Under the pieces are notes generated by a model that searched no databases, was not told the origin of the DNA, and saw nothing but the letters and a program-made list of their open reading frames with translations. A stretch of DNA of 63,983 bases, counting the filler, from Octopus bimaculoides (lineage: Eukaryota), in NCBI RefSeq assembly GCF_001194135.2. It is 5 parts of 3 records of this genome, joined end to end, with 100 filler letters (N's around TTAATTAATTAA, not from the genome) between each part and the next. Parts side by side here need not be neighbours in the genome. Positions count along the whole stretch, not along the records: positions 8,062 to 36,829 come from NC_068982.1; positions 36,930 to 48,638 come from NC_068985.1; 3 more parts are not named here. The stretch is one strand, 5' to 3'. Both the position numbers and the translations under genes were made by a program. Numbering within the stretch: the stretch's first letter is position 1; each line of letters starts with the position of its first letter. Shown here piece after piece: positions 25,968 through 40,269 of this stretch.

Positions 25968-26176
25968 TATGTAAAAACCGATGATTTCTATGAGAAGCCA
26001 TTATGGTTCCGACTTTTCTACATGATGCCAATATTTTGTGTCTTCCGCTGGCGTCTCTACATTGCCTGGATCCTAGCAGAATGTTCCTGCATGATGGGAG
26101 CATACGGGGCATATCCTGCCAGCTCCTTACCAAAATGTGGTCAGGGACCTTCTGACCTGAAAGCACTCCATAAAGT
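25968..26176 (+). CDS. MBOAT7: MBOAT7-like exon B
   Basis: TTTCCAG acceptor and GTAAGT donor. Encodes YVKTDDFYEKPLWFRLFYMMPIFCVFRWRLYIAWILAECSCMMGAYGAYPASSLPKCGQGPSDLKALHK, matching the FRMRFYVAWIAAEC..G.GAYP....GP motif of MBOAT7. Confidence 0.95.
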
Positions 26177-27060
26177 GTAAGTATAATATTATTCTGTTTA
26201 CCTATTCAATAAACGTTATAGAGTATATTCTGACTAGAATTTCCAATTTGTCTTCGAGTTTTGGGGATTTTGTACTTAAAATAAATAGGTTTAATTTGGC
26301 ATTAGTATATCACGTAGTCTCTCTCTTTCTCTCTCTGTCTCTCTCTCTCTCTCCTATCCTTAATCATCAATATAAATAGACTAGAAAGTCGGCTTCCCCA
26401 TAATCTCTGTCATGTTAATGTGACACCCAAATTTCCCTCAATACACCTTGTATTGTCTTTCAAATTACAATCATATTTTTCAAGTCAGAAATCTTAAGAT
26501 AGACTAAATACACAGCTATAAAGATGAAATGATTTCATCTAGAATGCTAATTCCAATATTGAAGTGTTTCTTCAACTGGCAAACCAAATATCCTAAAGCA
26601 GAACTTCACCTAGTACACTATTCTGGTTGCTTAATTGTCTGCATTGATATCATATGTTGGGCTCTTCAAGTATAACGGTAATCCTCTGTGGACTGTTAGT
26701 CTGGCATAGTCCACTAGATGTAAAAATGGCCCATATGCAATGGCTAGATAAAGATTGAGTGAAACCTAGTAACCAGTTGATCTAGCAAGCAGGGCCTCAT
26801 TTCAGTGAGGGGGCCAGTGCACAATAATGCTGTTGATAGGAAGGCTCCAAAACAGTGTGCATTTTCTCCTGATGATCCCATAAGCTGGTAGTACTTGCAT
26901 CTGCAAGTTGTTTGCAAAAAATCTAAAAATACTGGCATCAGTTATATTAATACTAACCTTTTGTTATCCAACCTACACTTGTTAATTCTTCTTGAATACC
27001 CATGATAGAATGCTGACATTACTATTGATTAAATGAAAAATATTCTGATTCTATTTTTAG

Positions 27061-27234
27061 GAAATCTTTCCCAAAGAAAACAGCTAGTTATAACTTTGAA
27101 GCTGTAAATAACCTCTACATCTGGGGTTGTGAAATGGCACCTACCACCAAAGAAGCATTGCGCAGCTGGAATAAGTCAGTGCAGTATTGGCTGGCCAATA
27201 TAGTCTACCGTAGAGTGCCAATGAAATCTTTTAG
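27061..27234 (+). CDS. MBOAT7: MBOAT7-like exon C
   Basis: TTTTTAG acceptor and GTAAGT donor. Encodes KSFPKKTASYNFEAVNNLYIWGCEMAPTTKEALRSWNKSVQYWLANIVYRRVPMKSF, containing the MBOAT WN..VQ.WL motif. Phase 2 to 2. Confidence 0.95.
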
Positions 27235-27949
27235 GTAAGTTATACATAAAGACTTATGGGTGGATTTGGTAGACAGAAACTGAAAAAGCCTTTTGTGTAT
27301 ATATGTGTGTGTATATATATATATATAAGTCAGTAAATAGTGGGGTTGTGTTAACCGCACATGGAGAAATAATAGGAAAATGAAAAATAATAATAAGGCA
27401 GAATGCTAAACTGAAAGCATATTTTAATATAGATGTGTAAAAAGGATTTCTAACCGGCTTTCATTGCTTGGCAAATTTTCAAGAAGAGGGAGAATGAAAA
27501 TGTTCTTTACAAAAAAGTAAAAAACAGGTAAAAGGTATAAATCCAGAATTTTAGTAATTCATGGAGTGCACACAGAACAGCAAGAATCCAAAGAATAATG
27601 TATCGATTCATTCTTAACACATTCAGGCAAATTCAAACATAGTGAAAAGCAAACAGCAATCAGGTGTTCACATTAGAATCTTCCAGAACATATTAAGAAT
27701 AAATAGGAATAGATATATTATTGTCAGAGATTTAATCTTTCCAGTGTTTCATTCACTAAGATCATGGATTCCATGTACTTCTTCAAAACTACCAGAGACC
27801 ATGCCCATGTGTCTTTTATGCCATCAAATGTGGTTTGGCTTTTTGTAAAATAATTAGTGATGTACTCACTAATTTTCTCGTCAGGAACCAAAGCAACCTT
27901 TGCAAACTTCATTTTCTGGAAGCCACCAACAACATAAGCCTTTCTGCTA

Positions 27950-28710
27950 TAAGCACAAGGCCTGAAATTTAGGGGAGGGGACTAGTCAATTACATCAACC
28001 CCAGTACATAACTGGTACTTATTTCATTGACCCCCGAAAGGATGAAAGGCAAAGTCAACCTTGGTGGAATTTGAACTCAGACTATAAGGACGAACGAAAT
28101 GCTGCTAAGCATTTTGCCCAGCATGCTAACAATTCTGCCAGCTCACCACCTTCACCAACAACAACCTAATAAAAATAATAAGCATAACAACAGTTTCATA
28201 CATTAACATAAGCTCCTGATAAATTTATAAGGAAAGAGTATTGTTGATTGAACTGAATCACACAGTATATCACTGGTACTAATTCTATTGATATTGAAAG
28301 AGATGGAAATACGTGAGAGTTCAAACCCAGAACTGAAAGGGGAAAAAATTAATCACTGAAATATCTGGTACTATTGTCAGCACTTCTTGAACACCCTTGT
28401 GGGAGGGGACTAGTCAATTACATTCACCCAGGGTTTCACTTGTACTTAATTTATCAACACCGAAAGGATGAAAGGCAAAGTCAACCTTGGTGGAATTTGA
28501 ACTCAGAACATAAAGACAGGCAAAATACTGCTAAGCATTTTGCCCAGCATGCTAGCAATTCTGCTAGCTCGCTGCCTTCCTTTACCCTAATAAAGAAAGG
28601 ATGAAAGGCAAAGTTGACCTCAGTGGGATTTGAACTATGAACATAAAGAGCTGGCAAACATTTCACAAAGCATTTTTGTCTGCTGTTGTAATGATTCTGC
28701 CAGCAAGCAG
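27950..28710 (-). mobile_element. Cluster of SINE family A copies (27950-28152, 28400-28580, partial 28595-28710)
   Basis: GAAAGGATGAAAGGCAAAGTCAACC..GGAATTTGAACTCAG core on the plus strand. Confidence 0.8.
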
Positions 28711-28762
28711 AATAAGGAAAACAGTAGTAATTAATCATTATAATTTTTTTTTCCCGTTTCAG

Positions 28763-29102
28763 GGTATTTCTGACAATGGCTGTTAGTGCTTACTGGCATG
28801 GCGTCGACCCAGGATATTACATGAGCTTCCTCACAGTACCTCCAATCCTGATGGCTGAAAGAGTTATGATAGCAGCATTTAGAGATGAAGAACCTACAAT
28901 AAAACAAAAACTATTTGACCACGTGTGCTGGTTTTTTCGAATGCGAGGATTTGATTACAATTGCATGGGCTTCCTTTTACTTTCTTGGCACGATACAGTT
29001 CGTTACTGGTCATCCATATACTTTATTGGACATATAACTATTATAGTATTTTTTATTGTTGGCACTATTTTCCGTCCACCTAGGAAAAAAACCAACGACT
29101 GA
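28763..29102 (+). CDS. MBOAT7: MBOAT7-like terminal coding exon
   Basis: GTTTCAG acceptor. Encodes (R)VFLTMAVSAYWHGVDPGYYMSFLTVPPIL...WFFRMRGFDYNCMGFLLLSWHDTVRYWSSIYFIGHI..., with the catalytic SAYWHG His. TGA at 29100-29102. Confidence 0.97.
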
Positions 29103-29597
29103 GTTTTGTTAAGTTTTGTTTTTTTTTGCTACTTTCGAACTTTCTAAGTATGTGACTGGAATTATGAGATTAAAAAAAAAATACAAAATTACACAGAGTG
29201 AATGTGTGTACGTACTTTATTTTTCATTATTTCTAAATCTTCTTATATAATCTGGTTATTCCCTTCAAATTAAAATTAATTGATCACATTTAAAAAAAAT
29301 CTCCCCAACATTCCAAAACCCAACCCACCTACATAATGTAATGGCATGACTCCATGTAGTTTGTTATTTGTGACCTATCATGAACACTTTAAATCTGCTT
29401 TTGTTATGGTAGATGACTGTCACACACAGACACACTCCCAGCAGGTTAAATTAAATATCTATGAAAAATCTAAACATCCATAGAAACATGAAATAATGCA
29501 GTAACTTCATATATATGTATAATATATATATGTGTGTGTGTGTGTAAGACGTGTATATATGTATGTGTATATAAGTATATGTATGTGTGCGTGTATG

Positions 29598-29629
<32 letters not shown>

Positions 29630-29679
29630 GTATATGTAAAATACTGCTGTCGCTCTTTAATTTCATCTCTTCTGTCAAC

Positions 29680-29715
29680 TTTTGCCTGAAGAAGGACTCT
29701 GTCTGAAACATTGGA
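29680..29715 (+). ncRNA. Candidate minimal hammerhead ribozyme (degenerate)
   Basis: CTGAAGA-A-GGAC-tct-GTCT-GAAAC-ATT-GGA. Core, stem II and GAAA are present; stem I is weak. Confidence 0.4.
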
Positions 29716-30479
29716 TTTTCCACTCCCCATAGTAAGTTAACTGTACTATTTTTCCTGATTTTACTAAATAATACAAATCTCGTCAACAGAGATCAATACC
29801 AGTCTCTTCAGATTCTGTTTTATTATATATATATACATATATATAAACTAATGACAGTGCTCCAAAAATGGTTGCACTATAATGTTAATGAAAAAAAAAA
29901 TGCTTGGGTTTTTGGGAGGTGAGACAATTCTTATTTATCCAAAAATATTGTTGATTTTTTTTTCATTTTTTTTTTTTTTCTGTTCTCTAATTATCTAATT
30001 AGATTGTAATTTGTTAGTCATTTCTTATGTGTTGCATATCTGTGTTTGCTTACTGTGACTCAGTTGCTCAAAGCATTCTGCATTTTCAGCTGAATTTAAT
30101 GAATCCACTAAAAATTTTTGATGCTGAAATTTGACTTTATAATGTAACAACAATATGTGGTTTGTGACAATGAGTAAACTATGAATAAAGCTTGATGCTA
30201 AAGCAAGGTATAGCATTAATCTTCCAGTACCTTGTGGATGCATAGGACTCTTGTGAATTCAAACCACATATTTTCTATCTTGAGCAATTTCTTCTACATC
30301 CATCCAATTTCCTTCAGCAACATCTTTCATCATCTCTCTTAGCCAGGCCTCTCTCAGTTTACTATGCTACCTCCTGAAGGAGAATGCTGGGGACTGGTTG
30401 GCACTGGCACATAGCTAATACTTTCATGAGAGAAAGTGATTAGGCTAGAAGGTTAAATATTTTTGTTAAATTTTCGAAA

Positions 30480-30830
30480 AGGAAATGGATGGGTTATGTC
30501 ACTGGCGCTCTGTCAGTTACAATGTCAAGGGTTCAAATTGATCCGATTAACAGAACATCCTGCTCATGAAATTAACATGCAAGTGGCTGCGCACTCCCCA
30601 GATATGTGTACCCTTAATGTAATTCTCAGGGAGATTCAGCATGACACAGAGTGTGCCAAGGCTGGCCCTTTGAAATACAGGTACTACTCATTTTTCCCAG
30701 CTGAGTAGACAGGAGTAATGTGAAATAAATCATCTTGCTCAAGGACACAATGCATCGCTGGGAATTGAACTTACGACCTTATGATCATAAGCCAAATGCC
30801 CATAACCACTAAGCCATGCGCCTTCACTGG
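30480..30830 (-). mobile_element. tRNA-derived SINE family C (GAAGGCGCATGGCTTAGTGG..GTTCAATTCCC..TGTGTCCTTGAGCAAGA)
   Basis: Box A/B-like head and TGTGTCCTTGAGCAAG core; other copies at 34160-34300(+), 42430-42742(-) and 48739-48960(+). Confidence 0.8.
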
Positions 30831-33800
30831 ATTAATTATGTACTCAGAAGATAAAGAAGTCTTATAACGCAAACATACAGATGTGGAGAAATTAATCTGT
30901 AATATTCCTTAGATTCATATTTAATTGTTAAAAAAAAATTTTCTTAATCAATAGAATTTCATAAAAGTACCATGAATTAAAACTGGTTTAGTTACATAAA
31001 ATATGTATTTACTTTAAGGATCCATTTTGCTTCACTGACAAAATATTGACCTAAAAGTATAAATGACATTGACATTGTCTAGGTATGAAGACAAAATTTC
31101 ATAATATCTATTTGGAGTGCATCTACCTCTAATTTATGGTTCATTGTCAATCCCATAACGTATATTAATGCAAAATCAATATTTTGTATGTTGAAAAGAA
31201 ACACTACTGGATATGTAGATGCATATAAGCATATCATTTTCTCTTCCATGCTTCTAAACCATGTGTTATAAATATCAAAGACAAAATACACTGGGCTCTG
31301 ATTATTTCTTTGTAAGTTGTTATCAATAATCAGCATATATATATAATCAAAATGTAGAATTCTGTTCTGTAACAAGAGTCACACTTTCAAACTCTCCATA
31401 TAGTAACTGTGTTTTTTAATTATTTAAAAAAATAAAGGCTTAGATGCCTAGGAGTCTAATCTGAACTACAACTCCGCACTACTACTACTACTACTACAAA
31501 AAACCTGGCTTGGGTAGAAAAATACAAATGAAGTAGAAGACAATCTGTTCATGTTTGGATCACATAGAGCAAATACTAGTAGAAAAAAAATATACCTTGT
31601 ATCTGTCATGTGTTACTCTGATGCAAGAACTAAAATCTTTTCTATTTTTGTAAATATATTTTATCTAACCTTTGACCTATCCCAGCCCATGCCAAATGAT
31701 AATAGAACAGTATTTATTTGTTAAATCCACATATTTTACTAAACATGTTTCTGAAATTAATAATAAAAAGAAGAAAATGTATTTTTCCTTTCACTCTTAT
31801 TTTTCCATCTTCCCATCTATCTTTCATCTCTTTTCTTACATATCTTCTTCCACTGTTCGAAATTATTTCTTTCCTCTTTGTTCACCCTTTAAGATGTTTT
31901 GTTTTTTCCTAGTCATTCATTTAGCTCTTTGGCTTTTCCTCAACTTAGTCTAATCCATTATTTTTGTCATCATTCCTATTCTACCCAAGACTAATGAACT
32001 ATTCTGTCTATTGTTTTTCACCCCACCCATCTCTTATACATGTTCTCATCTTGCAATTACTGACCACTTACTATGTGCTTCTTAAACTGAAAATATCAAA
32101 CTGTCTTCATTAAACTAACATTTCTCTCTTCTCCTGTCTCTAAAATATTTTTTTTTCTAAAATCACATATGTAAAACAAGAGAAAAGAAAAAGGAAAATA
32201 ATTTCAAAAGAATATTACTTTTCAAATTAAAAAAAATTTTGATTGTGTCCAAAATGTAATTATTTTTTGTTTACACAAACTTAAATGTTCTTTGTTTACA
32301 AAAGAAAAAATAAAAGAAAAAAACAAAATACTGCATTGACAATTTTTCTTGAAATCTGGTGTAATATATTATTTTATCAAATTAAGGATTTTTACCTGTT
32401 ATTAATTAGAGGAGAAAGGCCAATAATGTTTAGGATGTTAGAAGGAAAGGGTGAATTACCCTCAAGCTAGATACTTAACTTGCCTACTAAATGGTACAGA
32501 ACTTGCAACTTGAGTGCTTACTAAAAGGTATGGAAATGATGGCTAAGATGGTTGCTTGCCAAGCATGTGGTTTCTGGTTCACACTGTGTGGCATTTTGGG
32601 CATGTGTCTTCTGCTATAATCCTGGGCCAATCAAAGCTTTGAGTAGATTTGGCCAATGGAAACTGAAAGAAGCCCATCATGTATGTTTCTTTAAATTTGC
32701 ACTTCTCCACAAATGAATGAGCTACAAGTAGTGACGTTGTTGTCATTTTCCTTGTCAACAAATCATCCATTGGCTTTGCAACCTTCAAAGATGTGTGAAA
32801 TAAGAGACTCCTTACTTGAAAAACAAGGAAGAGTATCTGGCAGTAAAATAATGCCTCATACTCATCTAACCCATGCTAGTATGTAAAAACAGATGTAAAA
32901 ATAAGTGAATGAATGGAACAGCCATGTGCATGGTGGTGGTGTTAAACTAAGTAACAAATTAATTCCATTGCTCCAGAACAGGAATAGCCCATTCAGTAGT
33001 TTACAGTTTAATTTCCATGTAGTAAACTTCATTCACTAAGCTTTTGTCAAACCAAAGCAATGATAGAAAATACTTGTTCAAGGATCCAGACAGTGGTCCT
33101 TGTTAGAATTGCAAAGCTATAGTTGCAGGCTGATAAATAACTGAAAAGTTTTCACTGCTTGTTGAAAGATCTCAAGAATTTCAGGTTAACAATTAAATTT
33201 TCTATTGCATTAAATTATGTACAGGTCAATGAAGACACTTATTCTGCCAGAAAAAGCAGCCAAATCTCTTAATCATACCCTGTTTTCTTAAAAACAGAAA
33301 TTACATGAACTATATAGTCACGAATCATCATCATCATCATCATTTAATGTCTGTTGTCCATGCTGGCATTGGTTGGACAGTTTTGATCAAAGCTGGGGAG
33401 CTGCACCAGACTCCAGTCTAATTTGGCATGGTTTCTGTGGCTGGATGCCCTTTGTAATACCAACCACTTTGAAGTGTGTGCTGGGTGCTTTTACGTAGCA
33501 TCACATGGGCGTTTTTATGTGGCACTGCACAGGTGCTTTCATGTAACACCGCCATGGGTGCTTTACACCACCAGATGGATCGGTGAATATGTTTTTGATC
33601 TTATGACTGCTATGGATCTGAAGTTAAACACCAGGAAAAAATCATGTGAAATTAGGCAAGAAGAAATCAATATAAAAGGAATTTTGCAAATGTTTTTCCC
33701 ATTGAATTTTACATCAAAAATGCTTTGCTTATCAGTAAGTTGTGTAGAAGTTTATTTAATGATATATATATATAACAAAGGAATATTATAATTGTTCCTG

Positions 33801-35099
33801 TGATATTGTATGATAAATACATACCACATTGTAACAATTGAACAATTGCAAGTATTTTTAAAAGATACATCTACAATGCAAATTATATAAAATATATTTT
33901 CAATGCTGGACATCAATCAGAAAACTTGGCTGTTACAAGTGTAACAATAAGTCAAAGAGGAAGCTTCTACATGGTCATTCATCTCATTTGAAATAGGAAA
34001 TAGCAAATCCTACTCTGCCACCTTAAAAGAAGGAAAGACACTAGAAAATATAGTCTTGGATGTAGAAAAAGACAAGCTGATAATAAATTGAATGATTTTG
34101 ATCAGAATTATGCTCAAGTAAGCTAAGCAACAACTATTACTATTACTATTAAGCTAATGAGAAGATTTATGACTTAGTTGTTAAGCAACTGGTCTCTCAA
34201 TCATAAGATTGTGGGTTCAATTCCTGATTCAGAGGTAAACTGTGTTTTGGGGCAAGACTTTTTACTTCATGTTGCTCCAGTCCACTAAACTAGCAAAAAT
34301 GTTTATTAAAACTGACAGACATTGGTCATCACTAAGTTAGCTCTGTAGTATTAACATGTCAGTGGTATGATCACAGACCTACAGGTATTAAGAGAGGCTA
34401 TATTCAGCTCTTGAATACTACATTCTTTCTTCACTTTTTTAACAAAACTGTTATTTGTAAATTACTACACGGTATCATTTATGTTCCTGGCATGGATCTT
34501 TCCATGGCTCTTTGCATCGTAACCAATCAGTGTACTCCCATCTTCATAGTAACCCACATCTCACTTTGCTTACAAAAGCACTAGTAGAACAGTGCTATTG
34601 AAGAAAAACTGGTAGATAACTTGAGAACAGATCACAGAATACCAAAATCACAAGTTTTGCTGGACTGGACATGTTGCAATGTTCTCAGACAACAGGTGGA
34701 CCTGTACAGTTGCCAAGTGTATCCAGGAGGTTAGAAAAAGTCACCCAGAATGCCTTCACAATATTGGGAAGATAATTGAAGATAATTTAGTTTAACAATT
34801 TGGACCAAAATGGAAAAGAAGGGTATAATCAAGGAAGAAATGAAAATGCATTGCGGCCAGTGGTGTATAACAACATCCGAATTTCTGGCTGATATAAGTG
34901 ATACAGTGATTATTTATGCATGAGCAAGGGAGACCAACAAATCACTAGAAATACTAATCTGTTTTGATTCATTTTGATACCAACCTGCCTGAGCCCACCC
35001 TGGATCTCTAATACAATCTTTCCATTTTAAAGTGATCTAAATTAAAATCCTCCTTGAAAATTTCAGATTAATTTGTTTCAAACACAATCTAAATAATGG

Positions 35100-35480
35100 T
35101 TTCAAATTTTAACATAAGGTCAGCAAATTCGGTACTTATTTTACACAACTGGTACTTATTTTATCGACTCCAGAAGGATGAAAGGCAAAATTGACTTTGG
35201 TGGAATTTGAACTCAGAACATAAAGCCAGACAAAATTTTGCCCAGCATGAACACCACCTAAATGATCCTTTCTACTCTCGGCACAAGGCCTGAAGTTTTT
35301 GGGGAAGATATTAATCAGTTACATAGATCCCAATGCTCGACTGGTAATTATTTTATCAACACCGAAAGGAGGAAAGGCAAAATCATCCTTGGTAGAATTT
35401 GAACTCAGAATGTAAAGATGGACAAAATGCTGCTAAGCATCTTGCCCAGTGTGCTAATAATTTTGCCAGCTCCCCACTTT
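35100..35480 (-). mobile_element. Two SINE family A copies
   Basis: Same core as the other family A copies. Confidence 0.75.
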
Positions 35481-36829
35481 ATACTATCTAAATAATGGCA
35501 GTAATTTTAGTAAATTCTTCATTAATTTAAAAATTAATTGAAACAAAAGCAGTATATTTTGACAGGAAATGTTGTAAGAAAAGTATTCGAGTCTGAGAAT
35601 AAGCAGCTGTTTAAATTTGATACTTAAATAGGAAGAATCATCAGAACAGGAGAACTATTAATAGTTTGTAGTGGGGAAGTTAAATCAAAGTAAAAATTAA
35701 ATCTGAATAGATGTTTGTTGGCTTGTTATATTAAGTAATAAAGACTAATGTTGTGAGATGCTTCAACATTTTCTAGCACTAAAACAAACAAGGAATGTGT
35801 TTGTTTCTAAATTGACAAATGAGAAAAAAATTGAAAAAAAAAAAAAAGGAAAGAAAAGAAATAAACTACAATTTATTTTTTATCAAAACTGAAATACAAA
35901 TATACAAATGTTCGTGTAATGTAAGACACTTTAGCATACTGTTTTATCTTTCCTTTTTCCTTTCTTTCTTTCTTTTTTTCTTTCTTTCATTTAGAAATTA
36001 TAATTGATGACAATGTGAATGCAATCAGACAAAACTTTATTCTTTAATGCAATTATATTTGTCAATGTCATTGCATTAAGAAAACGGGTTTTGTTTGTGT
36101 GAATGTGGGGGAGTGATAGTATGTTTTTCATTTTGCTCTTTATTTCTGATGTTGATACTACTTAGCAGGGGAACAGAGGAATTATACAGAGTCAAAAGGT
36201 TCTTATCAGTTGAAAGCAAAAACCATCTTGTACTTGATCTTGCTTTGTTTTAATATGAATAACTGCTGATATACATATCTATGTCACACACATAGACACA
36301 TATATTTATGTGTGTGTGTGTACATATATATATATCCTCATCCTCATCCTCATCGTTTAACATCCGCTTTCCATGCTAGCATGGGTTGGACGATTTGACT
36401 GAAGACTGGTGAACCAGATGGCTGCACCAGGCTCCAATCTGATCTGGCAGAGTTTCTACAGCTGGATGCCCTTTCTAACGCCAACCACTCCGAGAGTGTA
36501 GTGGGTGCTTTTACGTGCCACTGGCACGAAGGCCAGTCAGGCGGTACTGGCAACGGCCATGCTCAAAATGGTGTATTTTACGTGCCACCTGCACAGGAGC
36601 CAGTCCAGCAGCACTGGCAATGATCTCACTCGAATGTCATTACACGTACCACCGGCACAAGTGCCAGGAAGGCGACGCTGGGCACAGGTACCATCACAAT
36701 TTCGCTTTTGCTTGCCCCAACAGGTCTTCGCAAGCCAAGTTTTGTGTCCAATGAAGGAGACGACGTTGGCTTGGGTGCCAGTCGTCAAATTTATTTCGAT
36801 TTCACTTGCCTCAACAGGTCTTCACAAGC

Positions 36830-36929
36830 NNNNNNNNNNNNNNNNNNNNNNNNNNNNNNNNNNNNNNNNNNNNTTAATTAATTAANNNNNNNNNNNNNNN
36901 NNNNNNNNNNNNNNNNNNNNNNNNNNNNN
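36830..36929. other. Artificial scaffold-joining spacer
   Basis: 44 N + TTAATTAATTAA (36874-36885) + 44 N. Confidence 0.95.
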
Positions 36930-37992
36930 TATAAAGCAGTTGTAAATCTCCAAATCATAATCAGTTTCTGATTAAGAAAAATAGTTTTTTGGTTTTTTTT
37001 CATTTTGCAGATTCTGAATAACCAAGCAAAAATTCAAAGAAATCTAAGTATTAAAAATTAAGGAAGGAAAAAAAAAAACAAGAAAAATAATTTAGAGGTT
37101 GTGGTTAAAAATTTTCACGCTTAACAAGTTGGGGGCAAATCTTCAAGGTTCCATTCATTCAAACGTATCCACGTTGAGAAAATTTATGTGTGAACCACAG
37201 ACGTTTATGGCTTGTGTGAGTGATTTGTTTAGAATTTAAGGAGGGGACCTTTTTAACTGTATTCTGTAAGTCGACAAACACTTGTTCACTGCATAACATT
37301 GCTGACATCACAGCTAATATATGTGGCCCACACTATGTTTATGAAATATAGCATTGCTCGACCGATAAATTGCTGCCAATGTAAATTCTAATATTACATT
37401 TGTTTTCCTTTTATAATTCTTTTTTTTTTTTTCGTTTTTCTTCTAAACATAACCATTCTGTCAATAGTTACTACAGAAGTATATGCCATATACACAATCT
37501 TTAAATTTGTGCCTCTCATTTCATTGGGAAGAGGCTCATAAAAGTGAATTCTTGTGTAGCTTGGTTTGAAGATATTCTTGTTTTATAGGATATAAAATTC
37601 CACTCTAATTAATGCACTTACTTTACCTCATCTCTTCCTGTCACTTTTACTGTGCCATCTTCTTGACCTTGAAAGTAGCAATTTGCACTGTCTTTCCTTC
37701 CCTTTCTTTTAACCACTACAACCTACAGACACTTTCTGTTGAAGTGTTTTTTTCAGTTTTTTGTATGTAGTATTCTAGTTAAACACTGATTGCTTACATT
37801 AGCAGGAAGCATCATTAGTGATATAAGCAGTGAATTTATTTCCAGAAGGTGCAAGAATAGCTGTGTAGTTAAGAAGTTTGCTTCCTGCCCACATGGCTTC
37901 AGGTTCTGTCCCACTGCATGGCACTACAATAGCCCTGGGCCAACTAAAGCCTTGCAAGTGGACTTTGTACACATAAACTGAAAGAGGACCAC

Positions 37993-38064
<72 letters not shown>

Positions 38065-40269
38065 TGTGTGTGTGTGATCATCATCATCATCATTTTAATG
38101 TCTACTTTTCCATCGATTGAACAGAGTTAAATGAGATGCTGTTCCTGTCACCAACCTTCATCTGTTTTCAAGCAAGGAAATATTACCTCATTGTCAGGCA
38201 TGCTTTTGCAGAATATTGGAAACTAACTTAAAAGCCACCTGATAGGGCGGTTTTTAAGCTAGTTCCTGTGGAGGGCTCTTCATTGGGTCTTGGGCCCAAC
38301 AATGACACTTCATGCATTCAGTACATATTAAATTTTATTAAACTTAACCAATATTTTTCAAGCAATGTACAATTTTCACAAAAAACAATGATATAATTTG
38401 TCAACTTGGAACTTATTGCAAAGCTGCATGATAAACAACATGGATCTTTTCAATCTCAACATTTTTTGTCTTCCCATTCGGGAGTCAGTACAATTTTTTG
38501 TTTATCTAACCTTCTTTCTCTGTCTCTCTTTCTGTTGATTGTTTTCAACCATCACCATCACCACCATCAATGCCACAACTGCCATACACACACTATTCAG
38601 ACTTCTGACGCTACCACCATCAATACTTTTGACTTTGCCGCCTTCCCCTCTACCACCGTCACCACTGTCTTTCACATCGCTTACTATCGCGTCATCCCTG
38701 ACCATCTCGGCTATCCCCACCACCACCACAATCATCGCCTCTGCCTCTATCACAACTACAGCTCATATTATTACTCTCACCCCATTACCATCACAACTGT
38801 CAATCTACTGCCACCCTCACCGTCTCTATGCCTACTATTACTTTCACCCCAACATGAGAAATAGTAGAAGTGTCATTGACTAGTGAGAGAGTGGGGGGGA
38901 GTGTGACACACTGACACACAGAAATTCGTTTTGACATTTATTATTATAGATGCATGACACAGTCTCTTTGACAATAACACTCATCTACTATTTACAACTA
39001 TTACACTATGTCAAGACAAGGAGACACACACACACACACGACAGACTTCTTTCAGTTTCCATTTACCAAATCTACTCACAAGGCTTTGTTTTGTCTGGAG
39101 CTCGAGTAGAAGACACTTGCTCAAGATGCCATGCAGTGGGACTGAAGCCAGAACAAAACTTACCAAACAGCCATGCCTGCAGCTGTCATCATCAGTGTCA
39201 TCATCGTTTAATGTCTGCTTTCCACGCTGGCATGGGTTGGATGGTTTGACTGAGGGCTGGCAAGCCATAAGGCTGCACCAGGCTCCAATCTGATCTGGCA
39301 AAGTTTCTACAGCTGGATGCCTTTCCTAATGCCAACCACTCCGAGAGTGTAGTGGTGCTTTTTATGTGCCACTGGCACAAGGGCCAGTCAGGTGGTACTG
39401 GCATTGAGCATGCTTGAATGGTGCATTTTATGTGCCACCAGCATGGGAGCCAGTCAGGTGGCACTGTCATCAGCCACGACAATGACTTCACTTGTATACA
39501 TGGAAAAGTGGATGTTAATGATGATGATGTGTATGTGTGTCTGTATGTATATGTGTGTGTGAGTGACATCTTGTGATAATTGTGAATGAGTGTCACTGTA
39601 AAAAAAACAATATCATTCATTTCCAATATTCTACAAAATCATATCTGGCCATGGGAAAATATTACCTTGCTTGGAAACAGGTGTGGATTAGTGTCAGGAA
39701 GGGCATTTGGCTGCAAGAAATCTACCTCAAACTCTGTTCAAACCATGCAAGCATGGAGAAAATGGATGTTAAAATGATGAAACTGGAGAATCAAAGTTGA
39801 GTTGTGGTGCCCTTCATTGTTAATACATTTTATAACTACTGCAACTTCTAAGCATAGATTTTTGCCTACACAGTTCTAGAACTTTTATTATCAGCCTTTT
39901 TCTTTTCTAAGCAACAGAAATACAGATTCTGATAAAAAAAATAATAATTTTTTTCTTTTAAGCGATAAAAGAGGTATTTGTCTTTGAAGATGAAGGGTAG
40001 TCAAGAATATATTTTTTTGCAAATTCTGAAACTTTGATGTTCAAAAACAAAAAATTTGAAAATTATTTTCCTAGCAAAAAGTATAATAAAAAAAGTCGGG
40101 AAGGAGACCACATTTTTTTTTTTTTGGCGGATCAAGGTCATTTTTCCTGCTAATGAATGCAAAGATTAGTAAAAATATATTAAAAAAACTCTTATTCTAT
40201 TCACTGCTCTATATAGTTATTAGATTTAAAAATATCCATTTGCATGTTGTTATTATTATTATTATGAGG

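Noticed and set aside
27724-27912. Minus-strand ORF (faintly TTLL-like) and CTGACGA followed by a 9-bp hairpin
   Set aside because: No splice signals or convincing motif, and there is no GAAA-NUH after the hairpin, so neither an exon nor a ribozyme is supported.
38440-38880. His/Thr/Pro-rich ORFs on both strands
   Set aside because: Degenerate (CAC/CAT/ACC)n low-complexity sequence.
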